Part shown: piece after piece, positions 9,138 to 16,704 of the stretch
How positions within the stretch are numbered: the stretch's first letter is position 1
Layout: every line of letters starts with the position of its first letter
Assembly (NCBI RefSeq): GCF_028285565.1
Contig: NZ_JANQOY010000021.1
Location: 1 to 20,058 of the forward strand
Length of the DNA stretch: 20,058 nucleotides
Direction: 5' to 3'
Origin: Acaryochloris sp. IP29b_bin.148
Lineage (GTDB): Bacteria > Cyanobacteriota > Cyanobacteriia > Thermosynechococcales > Thermosynechococcaceae
Made by a program: the position numbers and the translations under genes
The notes under the pieces: model-generated
What the model was told of the DNA's origin: nothing
The model's input: the letters and a program-made list of their open reading frames with translations, nothing else
The model's database searches: none

Positions 9138-9635
9138 ATGGCCACAACTCGGCGATCTAATGTTATCCCTGTTCGACCGAAAAAGGTTGCGCCTTCAGCC
9201 CGCCCTCATCCATCCCCAAAGCATCGAGGCGCTCGACCTGCCCCCCTCTTGGACCGCCTTGATACGCGCTCACCGCAATTTCCCAATTGGCTAATTTTGC
9301 TGATGGTGTTTCGCAAACTGTCCGCACCCATCTTGATTATGTCGGTATTGGGAATCTTACCGCTCTATGCCTGGCGGGTGAATACCCAACAATCTTGGGG
9401 CAATCAGTATACACAGTTAGAGAAATTACAGCGCGATCAGCGGCATTGGATCACGCGTAATGAAGAGCGCAAATACCAAATTTCAGAAAATCTAGAAAGT
9501 AATCCCGCAGGCTTTGTCCCCAAAAGCTCTCAAACGACCGTCTTTTTTGAACCTGCTCCTGCGCGCCCTGCTCAACCAGCTTCCCCTCAACGCGCTGGGA
9601 TCACAGCTATTGATGTTGCTCCCATTGGCTATTAA
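9138..9635 (+). CDS. FtsL/DivIC-like bitopic septum protein (assigned by position and architecture)
   Basis: Lies between rsmH and ftsI. Basic N-terminus, a single TM (FPNWLILLMVFRKLSAPILIMSVLGILPLYAW), then a coiled-coil-like segment (YTQLEKLQRDQRHWITRNEERKYQISE). The ATG at 9138 follows GAGGA (9126-9130). The track ATG at 9063 is less likely. Confidence 0.5.
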   Translation: MATTRRSNVIPVRPKKVAPSARPHPSPKHRGARPAPLLDRLDTRSPQFPNWLILLMVFRKLSAPILIMSVLGILPLYAWRVNTQQSWGNQYTQLEKLQRDQRHWITRNEERKYQISENLESNPAGFVPKSSQTTVFFEPAPARPAQPASPQRAGITAIDVAPIGY

Positions 9636-9656
9636 GTCCAACTTCTTTGCACGTTT

Positions 9657-11462
9657 ATGCCCATTCCTTCTCCTCCATTACAAGACCGTCGGGCGACCAT
9701 CAAAGCCCGCCTCCAAACGAAACAACCCCATCGCGTGCCGAACCAGCGATTGCGGTTGTTTTTGGTGTGGTTGGTGCTGTTTGGAGGCATTCTGGGCTTG
9801 CTAGCTCGTTTAGTCTATTTGCAAATGAGTGCAGCACCTTTTTTTCGGACCAAAGCCCAACAGCAACAACTCGGCAGTCTACCAGAGCGTACGTTTCGCT
9901 ATCCGATTGTCGATAGTCAAGGGAATCTCCTAGCTAGAGATGAGCCTGTTTTTAGGCTGTTTGCCCATCCTTTTTTGTTTCAAAAATCACCAGAGGACAT
10001 TGCCAACGCTTTAGCACCAGTGCTGAAGCGCTCACCCCAGTCCCTAACAGAACTGTTCAAAACCGGCGAGAGTGGCATTCCGATCGGATATCGCCTATCA
10101 GAAACGGATGCCGAAAAAATCAATGATCTCTATGTTGATGGCTTGGAAATTACGCGGGAATGGCAGCGCATCTATCCCCAATCCGAACTGACTTCGGGCC
10201 TAGTCGGATATGTCAATACCGAAAATCAAGGTCAATCAGGGATTGAATATAGCCAGCAACCGCTGCTGAAGGGCAGTCCCATTCCCTTGCTTGTGGCTCG
10301 GGATGGTCGGGGACAGCTCTTACCGGATCGATTTCCCTTAGAGCCTCTCAATGCCAATGACCTGACCTTAAAGCTCACCTTAGATACGCGACTCCAGCGA
10401 TCGGCGCGGCAAGCGCTGCATAAGAAGATGGCCGAGTACCGCGCAAAACGGGGCACCGTCATTGTGATGGATGTTGAAGATGGTTCTCTAAAAGCGTTAG
10501 CATCAGAGCCGTCTTTTAATCCACAGCGCTATTTTGAAGCGAATACTGAACTCTTCAAAAACTGGGCGATTTCAGATCTTTATGAGCCGGGCTCGACCTT
10601 TAAGCCGATCAATATTGCGATCGCACTCGAATCCGATGCCATCAAAGCGGATAGCGTCTTTCACGACAGTGGCCAAATTACTATTGGCGGCTGGCCGATT
10701 AATAATGCAGACAACTCAGGTCATGGCAACCTCTCTGTTACAGGCATCCTCGAATATTCCAGCAACGTGGGCATGGTTCATGTGATGCAGCGGGTAAATC
10801 GGTCAGCCTACTACAATTTCCTCAAGAAAATTGGGATTGGCCAAATTACCGGCACCGATCTGCCCTTTGAAACTCCCGGTCAGTTTAAGGATAAGCAGCA
10901 ATTTCTGGACTATCCTATTGAAGCCGCCACTGCAGCCTTCGGTCAGGGCTTTTCCGTGACGCCTTTGCAAATGGCTCAGTTGCATGGGGCCATTGCCAAT
11001 GGCGGCAAACTCGTGACCCCGCATGTTGTGGATGGTCTATACAATCCCGTTGGCAAGAAAACCAAGGGCTTAAATCTGATTCAACCTCGCCGTATTTTCA
11101 GTCAAGAGACGGCGGATCAAGTTCGCACCATGATGGGCAGTGTGGTCCAAAACGGGACCGGTAAACCCGCAAAAATTCCAGGCTATCGTCTAGGCGGTAA
11201 AACCGGAACCGCCCAGAAAGCGGATAGCGGGACCTATAGCAATGCTCGGATTACTAGCTTTGTGGCCTCCTTCCCCTTGGAATCTCCTAAATACGTGGTG
11301 CTCGCCGTTGTGGATGAACCGCAAGGCAACAATGCTTATGGTTCAACGGTGGCTGCTCCAGTCGTCAAATCGGTGCTAGAAACTCTGATTAGTGTTGAAG
11401 GTATTCCGCCTAGCCATCCCGCTGAATTAAAGGCAAAACCCAAAACAACACCCCGTTCATAG
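9657..11462 (+). CDS. ftsI: Peptidoglycan D,D-transpeptidase FtsI (class B PBP)
   Basis: N-terminal TM, PBP dimer domain, then the transpeptidase motifs STFKP (SxxK), YSSNVG (SxN) and GKTGTA (KTG). Confidence 0.92.
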   Translation: MPIPSPPLQDRRATIKARLQTKQPHRVPNQRLRLFLVWLVLFGGILGLLARLVYLQMSAAPFFRTKAQQQQLGSLPERTFRYPIVDSQGNLLARDEPVFRLFAHPFLFQKSPEDIANALAPVLKRSPQSLTELFKTGESGIPIGYRLSETDAEKINDLYVDGLEITREWQRIYPQSELTSGLVGYVNTENQGQSGIEYSQQPLLKGSPIPLLVARDGRGQLLPDRFPLEPLNANDLTLKLTLDTRLQRSARQALHKKMAEYRAKRGTVIVMDVEDGSLKALASEPSFNPQRYFEANTELFKNWAISDLYEPGSTFKPINIAIALESDAIKADSVFHDSGQITIGGWPINNADNSGHGNLSVTGILEYSSNVGMVHVMQRVNRSAYYNFLKKIGIGQITGTDLPFETPGQFKDKQQFLDYPIEAATAAFGQGFSVTPLQMAQLHGAIANGGKLVTPHVVDGLYNPVGKKTKGLNLIQPRRIFSQETADQVRTMMGSVVQNGTGKPAKIPGYRLGGKTGTAQKADSGTYSNARITSFVASFPLESPKYVVLAVVDEPQGNNAYGSTVAAPVVKSVLETLISVEGIPPSHPAELKAKPKTTPRS

Positions 11463-11498
11463 GCTTAGAAGCAGGGTGTACAACGCTCTCAATTATCC

Positions 11499-11948
11499 TT
11501 AAGGCAAAAACCGTTTTTGTTCCAAAGCGCTGGGCATTCGGCAGGTAGCTCGTCGTCCAAACAGTCGATAGCGATTACGAGCAATCAGACGATAGATGCG
11601 ATCGCGAATGGGCCGCGGAATCCAACCCACCATTCGGAACACTGACCACACTCCACCTAAACGTTTACAGATTTGAATAAACGCATCGGACTGATCGTAC
11701 AGATGACCCCGATCATGATAGTAAATTGACCAGGCCTTTCGATCGATGGGCAATGGGGGTAAATACTGTTTGGCCGTTTGGCCTTGCAACGGGGCAATCA
11801 GAATGGTTCCCACGGGATCGACTTTCAACAAGAGATCCACAAAACCATTGCACATCACACATTCCCCATCAAAGAAAACGATGGGCTGCTGAATGGAGGC
11901 CATCGGGTTATGGCTGACCGTTGGATTAAACGATTGAGGTGCCGCCAT
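11499..11948 (-). CDS. Thiol-disulfide oxidoreductase DCC family protein (DUF393)
   Basis: IVFFDGECVMCNGFVDLLLKVD carries the DxxCxxC signature. The C-terminal RDRIYRLIARNRYRLFG is typical of the family. Confidence 0.85.
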   Translation of the reverse strand: MAAPQSFNPTVSHNPMASIQQPIVFFDGECVMCNGFVDLLLKVDPVGTILIAPLQGQTAKQYLPPLPIDRKAWSIYYHDRGHLYDQSDAFIQICKRLGGVWSVFRMVGWIPRPIRDRIYRLIARNRYRLFGRRATCRMPSALEQKRFLP

Positions 11949-12110
11949 ACTTTTATTTCACCACATTTCTGGGTATAGAACGTATCTTGAATCTAACATG
12001 ACGATTCAGGCCACTGCATAGGACTGTCTTGAGTGTTGTGGACATATCCTTTGCCAGGAACGTCAGCTTTCGAGGTAGGATCTGCAAGTTACACCTATCC
12101 TAGTTGAACA

Positions 12111-12488
12111 ATGGTTGAGCGACCGATCAAGAAGTCTGAATTAGAAAAACGTGCCCAGACTGAAGGCCCAGCAGAGGACAAAAACCGCAATCAGAAAGGC
12201 CGTAAAGGTGGACGTGGAAAAGGTCGAAACAACAAAGACAGAGAAAAGAAAAAGCCTGCTGTTCCTCTCGCTTTGATGCGAGGTCCCAAACCCACCGCAA
12301 AAGTGGAAGAACCAGAACCCGCGGAAGAAACTGCTGTAGAAGAAGCGGTCGCGGAAGGAGTAGACACTGAGGCTACCGAAACTGAAACCGTAGCCGCTGA
12401 GGCAACTGAAACAACAGCTGAAACCTCAGAGGCTGACGCCAATACCGGAGATGATACGAGTGAAGCTGAGCCTGCTCCTGAGGGTTAG
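12111..12488 (+). CDS. Hypothetical charge-segregated, low-complexity (likely disordered) protein
   Basis: 125-aa ORF. The N-terminal half is very basic (KNRNQKGRKGGRGKGRNNKDREKKK). The C-terminal half is E/T/A-rich and acidic. The antisense ORF 12191..12442 looks like a low-complexity mirror artefact. Confidence 0.5.
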   Translation: MVERPIKKSELEKRAQTEGPAEDKNRNQKGRKGGRGKGRNNKDREKKKPAVPLALMRGPKPTAKVEEPEPAEETAVEEAVAEGVDTEATETETVAAEATETTAETSEADANTGDDTSEAEPAPEG

Positions 12489-12529
12489 CGGCTGACTGTC
12501 ATTCCCTCGGCAGCATACTTCCCAGAATC

Positions 12530-14020
12530 TTAAGAAGACACCGGTTGAGGAATCGTAATATCAATCGGTGTCACGTTTGTGCCTAACTCTTCTAAGGAGG
12601 GTTGGATGGCTTGCCGGTTGCCCACCACGACAGTGACAATCTGATCGGGCTGGAGATATTTCTCTGCTGCGGCCTGAACCTTTTCGGCGGTCATGGATTT
12701 GACGGCTCGCTGATACTGGAAGATAAAATCATCGGGATAGCCAAAGTACTCGTATCGCATCAGACGCGATAAGGTTTGGGCGGGATCCTGGAAGTTGAAG
12801 ACAAAAGAGTTGAGGATGGAGTCCTTGGCCTGCTGGAGTTCATCAGCCGACAAGGGGGCTTCACGCACCTTTTGCAATTCACTTAAGACTGCTTTGATAA
12901 ACGGAACCGTTGCTTCTGATCGCGTTTGTCCCCCGGAAACAAACAGGCCTGGATAATCGTAGCGAGCACTCCAAATGGCATAAACCGAATAGGCTAAGCC
13001 TTGGCGCGATCGCACTTCGTTAAACAGGCGTCCACCAAAGCTGTTAAGCGCTTCATTCATCACCAGTAAGGAGAAAATATCAGGGCTATCAAACTGACCG
13101 CCTAAATGACCGATTTGAACATTACTTTGAGACAGTTGGGGCTGATCGACCACAAACGTCTCTCCAGCCTTAACCTGTGCTGCACTCGGTACGGGCGGTG
13201 CTTTATCCCGCTCAGGCATTTTTGGCCAATCCCCAAATGCTTGTTTGATCCGTTGGGTCATGGCGTCAGAATCGAAGTCTCCAACAATTCCCAAAATCAT
13301 GCAGTTAGGGTGAAAGTTTTGTTGATAAAAGGATTCAACGTCTGCCTGAGTAATATTGTCGAGGGTTTGATATTCTTGGGTGCGCGCATAAGGACTTTCT
13401 GCACCGTAAATCAGTTTTTTGAATTCTCGACCGGTAATATCATCTGGGTCATCATTACGACGGGCAATGCTTCCGCGTCGTTGGGTTTTAGCCAGTACCA
13501 GTTTGTCTTCTTCAAAGGCCGGTTCGCGAATCACCTCAGCGAATAAGTTAAAGACGGTGTCTAAATCTTCACTTAAAGCCGCGAAGGAGGCACTCCCCGA
13601 AGCGGTACTAATCCCTGTTTCCACAGAGGCAGCCCGTTGCTCTAGCATTTGGTTGAGCTGCTCGGAGGGATGCTGTTGGGTCCCCCCCGACCGCATCATA
13701 GTCCCCACAATATCCGCCAAGCCCACCTTCTCAGCAGGCTCCAGCCGAGACCCCGTCCGCATTCGAGCAATGCCGTTAACCAAAGGCAACTCATGATTTT
13801 CCATTAAATAAACGGTCAAGCCATTGTCCAACTGGAAACGGCTATATTCTGGGATGGTGACCTCAGGAAGAGATGGAAAGTCGAGGTCAGTATAGTGTTT
13901 CGCAGTGGCTGCCGTGCCTGGGCGAATGGAACCGATAATAAGCAAGAGGGGGATGACCGCAAAGGCGACGAGTCGCCGTAGCGTTTTATTTAGCAATCGG
14001 TTACGGGGAGCGTTGGGCAT
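12530..14020 (-). CDS. M16 (pitrilysin/insulinase) family peptidase homologue lacking the HxxEH zinc motif
   Basis: N-terminal signal/anchor. M16 N- and C-domains are recognisable (DNGLTVYLMENHELPLV..RTGSRLEP, LFNEVRSRQGLAYSVY). GLADIVGTMMRSGGT sits where GLAHFLEHMMFKGT is expected. Confidence 0.88.
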   Translation of the reverse strand: MPNAPRNRLLNKTLRRLVAFAVIPLLLIIGSIRPGTAATAKHYTDLDFPSLPEVTIPEYSRFQLDNGLTVYLMENHELPLVNGIARMRTGSRLEPAEKVGLADIVGTMMRSGGTQQHPSEQLNQMLEQRAASVETGISTASGSASFAALSEDLDTVFNLFAEVIREPAFEEDKLVLAKTQRRGSIARRNDDPDDITGREFKKLIYGAESPYARTQEYQTLDNITQADVESFYQQNFHPNCMILGIVGDFDSDAMTQRIKQAFGDWPKMPERDKAPPVPSAAQVKAGETFVVDQPQLSQSNVQIGHLGGQFDSPDIFSLLVMNEALNSFGGRLFNEVRSRQGLAYSVYAIWSARYDYPGLFVSGGQTRSEATVPFIKAVLSELQKVREAPLSADELQQAKDSILNSFVFNFQDPAQTLSRLMRYEYFGYPDDFIFQYQRAVKSMTAEKVQAAAEKYLQPDQIVTVVVGNRQAIQPSLEELGTNVTPIDITIPQPVSS

Positions 14021-14156
14021 GGTTAACGTGCTTTTCCTATGGACAGCTCATCTTTAACAGATTAGCTTAAACTTTGCGAGGCGATACGCGGATTTATTTC
14101 CTTTTGACCTGCTTTACAATGAAAAGTGCCCTTGTCGTCGCCTGAATCTTTCGCCT

Positions 14157-14561
14157 GTGAAAAAGCGCGTTACTCTGACGTTCCCTAGGCGCGCCGTTCC
14201 TGTTCCCGTCACCTATCGATTGGCCAAGGATTTCAATGTGGCGGCCAGTATTATTCGTGCTCAGGTGGCCCCCAACCAAATTGGTAAGTTGGTGGTGGAA
14301 TTAGCAGGCGATATCGATCAACTCGATGCCGCCATTGATTGGATGCAGGCCCAACATATCGATGTGTCTTCGTCGAATCGCGAAATTCTGATCGATGAAG
14401 AGAGCTGTGTGCATTGTGGGCTATGCACGGGTATCTGTCCCACTCAAGCCCTCACCCTCGATCCCAAATCTTTTTTGCTAAATTTCACGCGATCGCGCTG
14501 TATTGTCTGTGAACAATGTGTTCCGACTTGCCCAGTGCAAGCCATTTCGACTAACTTTTAA
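14157..14561 (+). CDS. NIL-domain protein fused to a 2x[4Fe-4S] ferredoxin domain
   Basis: The N-terminal NIL-like region (VTLTFPRRAVPVPVTYRLAKDFNVAASIIRAQV) is followed by CVHCGLCTGICP and CIVCEQCVPTCP. GTG start at 14157. Confidence 0.85.
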   Translation: MKKRVTLTFPRRAVPVPVTYRLAKDFNVAASIIRAQVAPNQIGKLVVELAGDIDQLDAAIDWMQAQHIDVSSSNREILIDEESCVHCGLCTGICPTQALTLDPKSFLLNFTRSRCIVCEQCVPTCPVQAISTNF

Positions 14562-14589
14562 GGCTTTTAACTGCGTAGTATGCAGAACC

Positions 14590-15378
14590 ATGAGTCCCTT
14601 CAACTATTACGACCACATCGCTTCCATCTATGACCAAACCCGCTGGATGACGGAATCTATCGCCGAAGAGGTTGCAGATTATATTTTGGAGTGGGTTGAT
14701 GCTAACCCTTATACTTCTTTCCTAGAGCCTGGTGTGGGGACTGGCCTCAACGTTCTTCCACTGGTTAAACGCGGCTATTCCGTGACTGGGATAGATATTT
14801 CGAGGGAAATGCTCGACCAGTTTAGCCGCAAGCTAGAGGGCATTCCACGAAATTTGACGCTGATTCAGGCCGATGCCTCCCAGCTATCCTTCCCCGATAA
14901 CAGTTTCGATGTTGTCCTGACCGTTCACATGGTTCACACAGTCTCTCACTGGCAGAAATTTCTAGCAGAGATTGAACGCGTCCTTAAACCAGGTGGGTTC
15001 TATTTGAATGCCCAATGGATCACACCGCCTGCCCGGATGGAATTTGAGCGGCACTTCAAAGCGATTTTAATCCAGGAAAGCAGTCCACAATCGCCCCCAG
15101 CCAAACACCCAAGGATTAATGTAGAGAACTATTTCCGTCGCCAAGGATATCGGCCACATTACTCGATTGCCAAAACGTGGTGGGTGAGCAATACCGTGGT
15201 AGAGCTACTTAGCTTTCTCAAGGCACGGGCCTATGGTTTATGTTGGCACACATCTGATGCCGCATTTCAAAGAGCGCTACAAGCGTTTGAAGCATTTTGC
15301 CTAGAGCATTATGGGTCGCTAGACGCGGAGATAGCGTCAGCAGCGCAGTTTGAAATCTGGTCTTATCATCTCACCTAA
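14590..15378 (+). CDS. Class I SAM-dependent methyltransferase
   Basis: YDHIASIYDQTRW and FLEPGVGTGLNVLPLVKRGYSVTGIDIS (motif I plus acidic loop), then FDVVLTVHMVH and LKPGGFY. The track start at 14503 overlaps the NIL gene, so the ATG at 14590 is preferred. Confidence 0.85.
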   Translation: MSPFNYYDHIASIYDQTRWMTESIAEEVADYILEWVDANPYTSFLEPGVGTGLNVLPLVKRGYSVTGIDISREMLDQFSRKLEGIPRNLTLIQADASQLSFPDNSFDVVLTVHMVHTVSHWQKFLAEIERVLKPGGFYLNAQWITPPARMEFERHFKAILIQESSPQSPPAKHPRINVENYFRRQGYRPHYSIAKTWWVSNTVVELLSFLKARAYGLCWHTSDAAFQRALQAFEAFCLEHYGSLDAEIASAAQFEIWSYHLT

Positions 15379-15427
15379 CTGTCCTATGTCTTGGAAGCCA
15401 GTCTCAATCACTACTGGTATGCCTCTC

Positions 15428-15455
15428 TTGAGATCAAGATCCTAGTGGTTAGAAT
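15428..15455 (+). promoter_or_regulatory. Sigma70-type promoter candidate for the yefM-like gene
   Basis: TTGAGA (15428-15433), 16-nt spacer, TAGAAT (15450-15455), about 28 nt upstream of the ATG at 15483. Two GTAC cores (15462-15465 and 15475-15478) lie between promoter and start. Confidence 0.4.
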
Positions 15456-15482
15456 AGAGACGTACCTAATTCAAGTACGCCA

Positions 15483-15707
15483 ATGCTATCGAAAACCCTC
15501 AGCTATAGTCAGGCCCGTGCTAATTTTGCCGAGACCTTGAACGATGTCGAGGATAATCGCTCCATTGTTATTGTCCAGCGTCCTCACCGACCAGGTGTAG
15601 CTTTAATTGCGGCAGACGAACTGAGCAGCATGATGGCAACGGTTCATCTGTTAAGATCGCCAGCCAATGCGACCCGTCTTTTTGAGAACCCTCTAACTCC
15701 TGCGTAG
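15483..15707 (+). CDS. yefM: Phd/YefM-family type II antitoxin, apparently C-terminally truncated
   Basis: LSYSQARANFAETLNDVEDNRSIVIVQR....VALIAADELSSMMATVHLLRSPANATRL follows the YefM pattern (ISYSEAR.NL...M..V......I.I.R......VL.S..EY.S..ET..LLRSPANA.RL). It ends 8 aa after RL, where YefM normally continues ~15-20 aa. Double stop TAGTAG. Confidence 0.8.
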   Translation: MLSKTLSYSQARANFAETLNDVEDNRSIVIVQRPHRPGVALIAADELSSMMATVHLLRSPANATRLFENPLTPA

Positions 15708-15790
15708 TAGAGCTTCGCCTTAGATGCAGAGATAGCATTATTTTTCGCGACAATAATATATCTGCGAGATTTTGGAGCAGGAGAAGATGA
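15686..15790 (+). pseudogene. Possible C-terminal stub of a RelE/ParE-superfamily toxin
   Basis: The +2 frame relative to yefM reads EPSNSCVVELRLRCRDSIIFRDNNISARFWSRRR*. ELRLR...IIFRD...I...R.W..R loosely resembles the RelE/ParE core (.ELR...YRI[IV][FY]..D...I.I.R[VI].H.R.). There is no start codon, and only ~34 codons where ~90 are expected. Confidence 0.3.
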
Positions 15791-15842
15791 CTGAGTTTTG
15801 GCCGCAAAGTATCGATCTAAGGCTGAGCAGAAAACGTACCAA

Positions 15843-16502
15843 TCACTTTGTAACCGGAAGCCGACATAGTAGCGTGTTATCCTGCACGAGATCATCACTC
15901 CAGATCAGCTTGGCTGAACTATCCCACGATATGTCGTCATATTCATCTTTTGGACCCACGGCTTGTGCTGAATGTTCTGTTGCTGTGGGCCATGTGCTGT
16001 CGTCAAAGTCTGGGGAGATCCAGTTAGTGGGAATAGCAGTTTCCTTAAAGGCACATGCACCCTGACCGGCCACGGGGTTTTTCTCATCCGCACATGATTT
16101 TTCCAAAGGCGCACGATGGATCACCAGACACCGCACGGTCTTATCTGAGACGGCAATGACCTTTCCTGTCGTTGTGTCTTTAACCTGGAAAATAAGGCCA
16201 CCGTCTCCCATCTGCTGTCGTCCGGTGCCGATATATTCCAGCCCGGTATCATTTTCTTTGAAGTCTTTTGCCATGATGGCAATCGTCAAAGGCAATTCTG
16301 CCTTAAAAGTGGCTATCTCAGCGTTAAATGAACGCTCTGTAGTGATAGGCACGCTGTCTTCAAGAATTTTGTCACCGTTGACGTACATCTCAAACCAATT
16401 ATCGACCCACACCTCCACAGTTTTGCTGCCCAGCTCAGCCTGTCTGCAACCCAACATCAAAACGAGTATCAGAACAAAAGCAAACATAAATATATTGCGC
16501 AT
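15843..16502 (-). CDS. Putative lipoprotein of unrecognised family (probably a beta-sandwich-type domain)
   Basis: MRNIFMFAFVLILVLMLGC is a signal peptide with a lipobox-like LMLG|C. GGAGAG lies 8 nt upstream of the ATG. The body (VEVWVDNWFEMYVNGDKI...GDGGLIFQV...AKLIWSDDLVQDNTLLCR) alternates hydrophobic and polar residues like beta strands. Confidence 0.75.
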   Translation of the reverse strand: MRNIFMFAFVLILVLMLGCRQAELGSKTVEVWVDNWFEMYVNGDKILEDSVPITTERSFNAEIATFKAELPLTIAIMAKDFKENDTGLEYIGTGRQQMGDGGLIFQVKDTTTGKVIAVSDKTVRCLVIHRAPLEKSCADEKNPVAGQGACAFKETAIPTNWISPDFDDSTWPTATEHSAQAVGPKDEYDDISWDSSAKLIWSDDLVQDNTLLCRLPVTK

Positions 16503-16634
16503 TGAATTTCTCTCCAGCTCTAACGGCCACGTTTGCGATATGTTCGTGTAAATCAGTTCAGGAAAGACATTTCCGAGGACGCGATGATTTTGCCCTCCAT
16601 TGCTTTTATCAGGACAGACCCGTCAACGTCCGGG

Positions 16635-16669
16635 GCATCTTAGGCTGGCAGTATGTCAGCCTAAGATGC
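16635..16669 (-). other. Perfect 13-bp stem-loop in the YHYH-lipoprotein intercistronic spacer
   Basis: gcatcttaggctg (16635-16647) / cagcctaagatgc (16657-16669) with a 9-nt loop, 36 nt after the YHYH stop. No U-tract follows on the minus strand. Confidence 0.6.
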
Positions 16670-16704
16670 ATAAACCGACGCAATGTTCCAGGTGAGAGAA
16701 TAAT

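Noticed and set aside
12300-12470. Repeated actgaaac / gctgaggc strings that might suggest a tandem repeat or spacer-repeat array.
   Set aside because: They are irregular in period and simply encode the TE/AE-rich acidic tail. There is no CRISPR-like repeat-spacer structure.
13106-13796. Plus-strand ORFs 13106..13546 and 13419..13796 opposite the M16 peptidase gene.
   Set aside because: They are antisense to a strongly supported CDS, and no recognisable family or RBS is present.
14104-14120. TTGACC and TACAAT hexamers upstream of the NIL-ferredoxin gene.
   Set aside because: They are only 5 nt apart, which cannot form a sigma70 -35/-10 pair.
15644-15898. An 84-aa minus-strand ORF whose middle (SDWYVFCSALDRYFAAKTQSSSPAPKSRRYIIVAKNN) superficially recalls HigB/Gp49-type toxins (SD..R.FY...F.KKTQKTP..EI..AK).
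   Set aside because: It is antisense to the 3' end of the well-supported yefM-like gene and overlaps the lipoprotein 3' end in another frame. The plus-strand reading of the same DNA fits the expected antitoxin-then-toxin order better, and both readings cannot be real.
15772-16065. A 97-aa plus-strand ORF with YoeB-like fragments (EFW..SID, SRKRTNHFV, VLSC.R).
   Set aside because: Most of it is antisense to the lipoprotein C-terminus (AKLIWSDDLVQDNTLLCR), which looks like a native strand of that domain. The matches are short and need several gaps.
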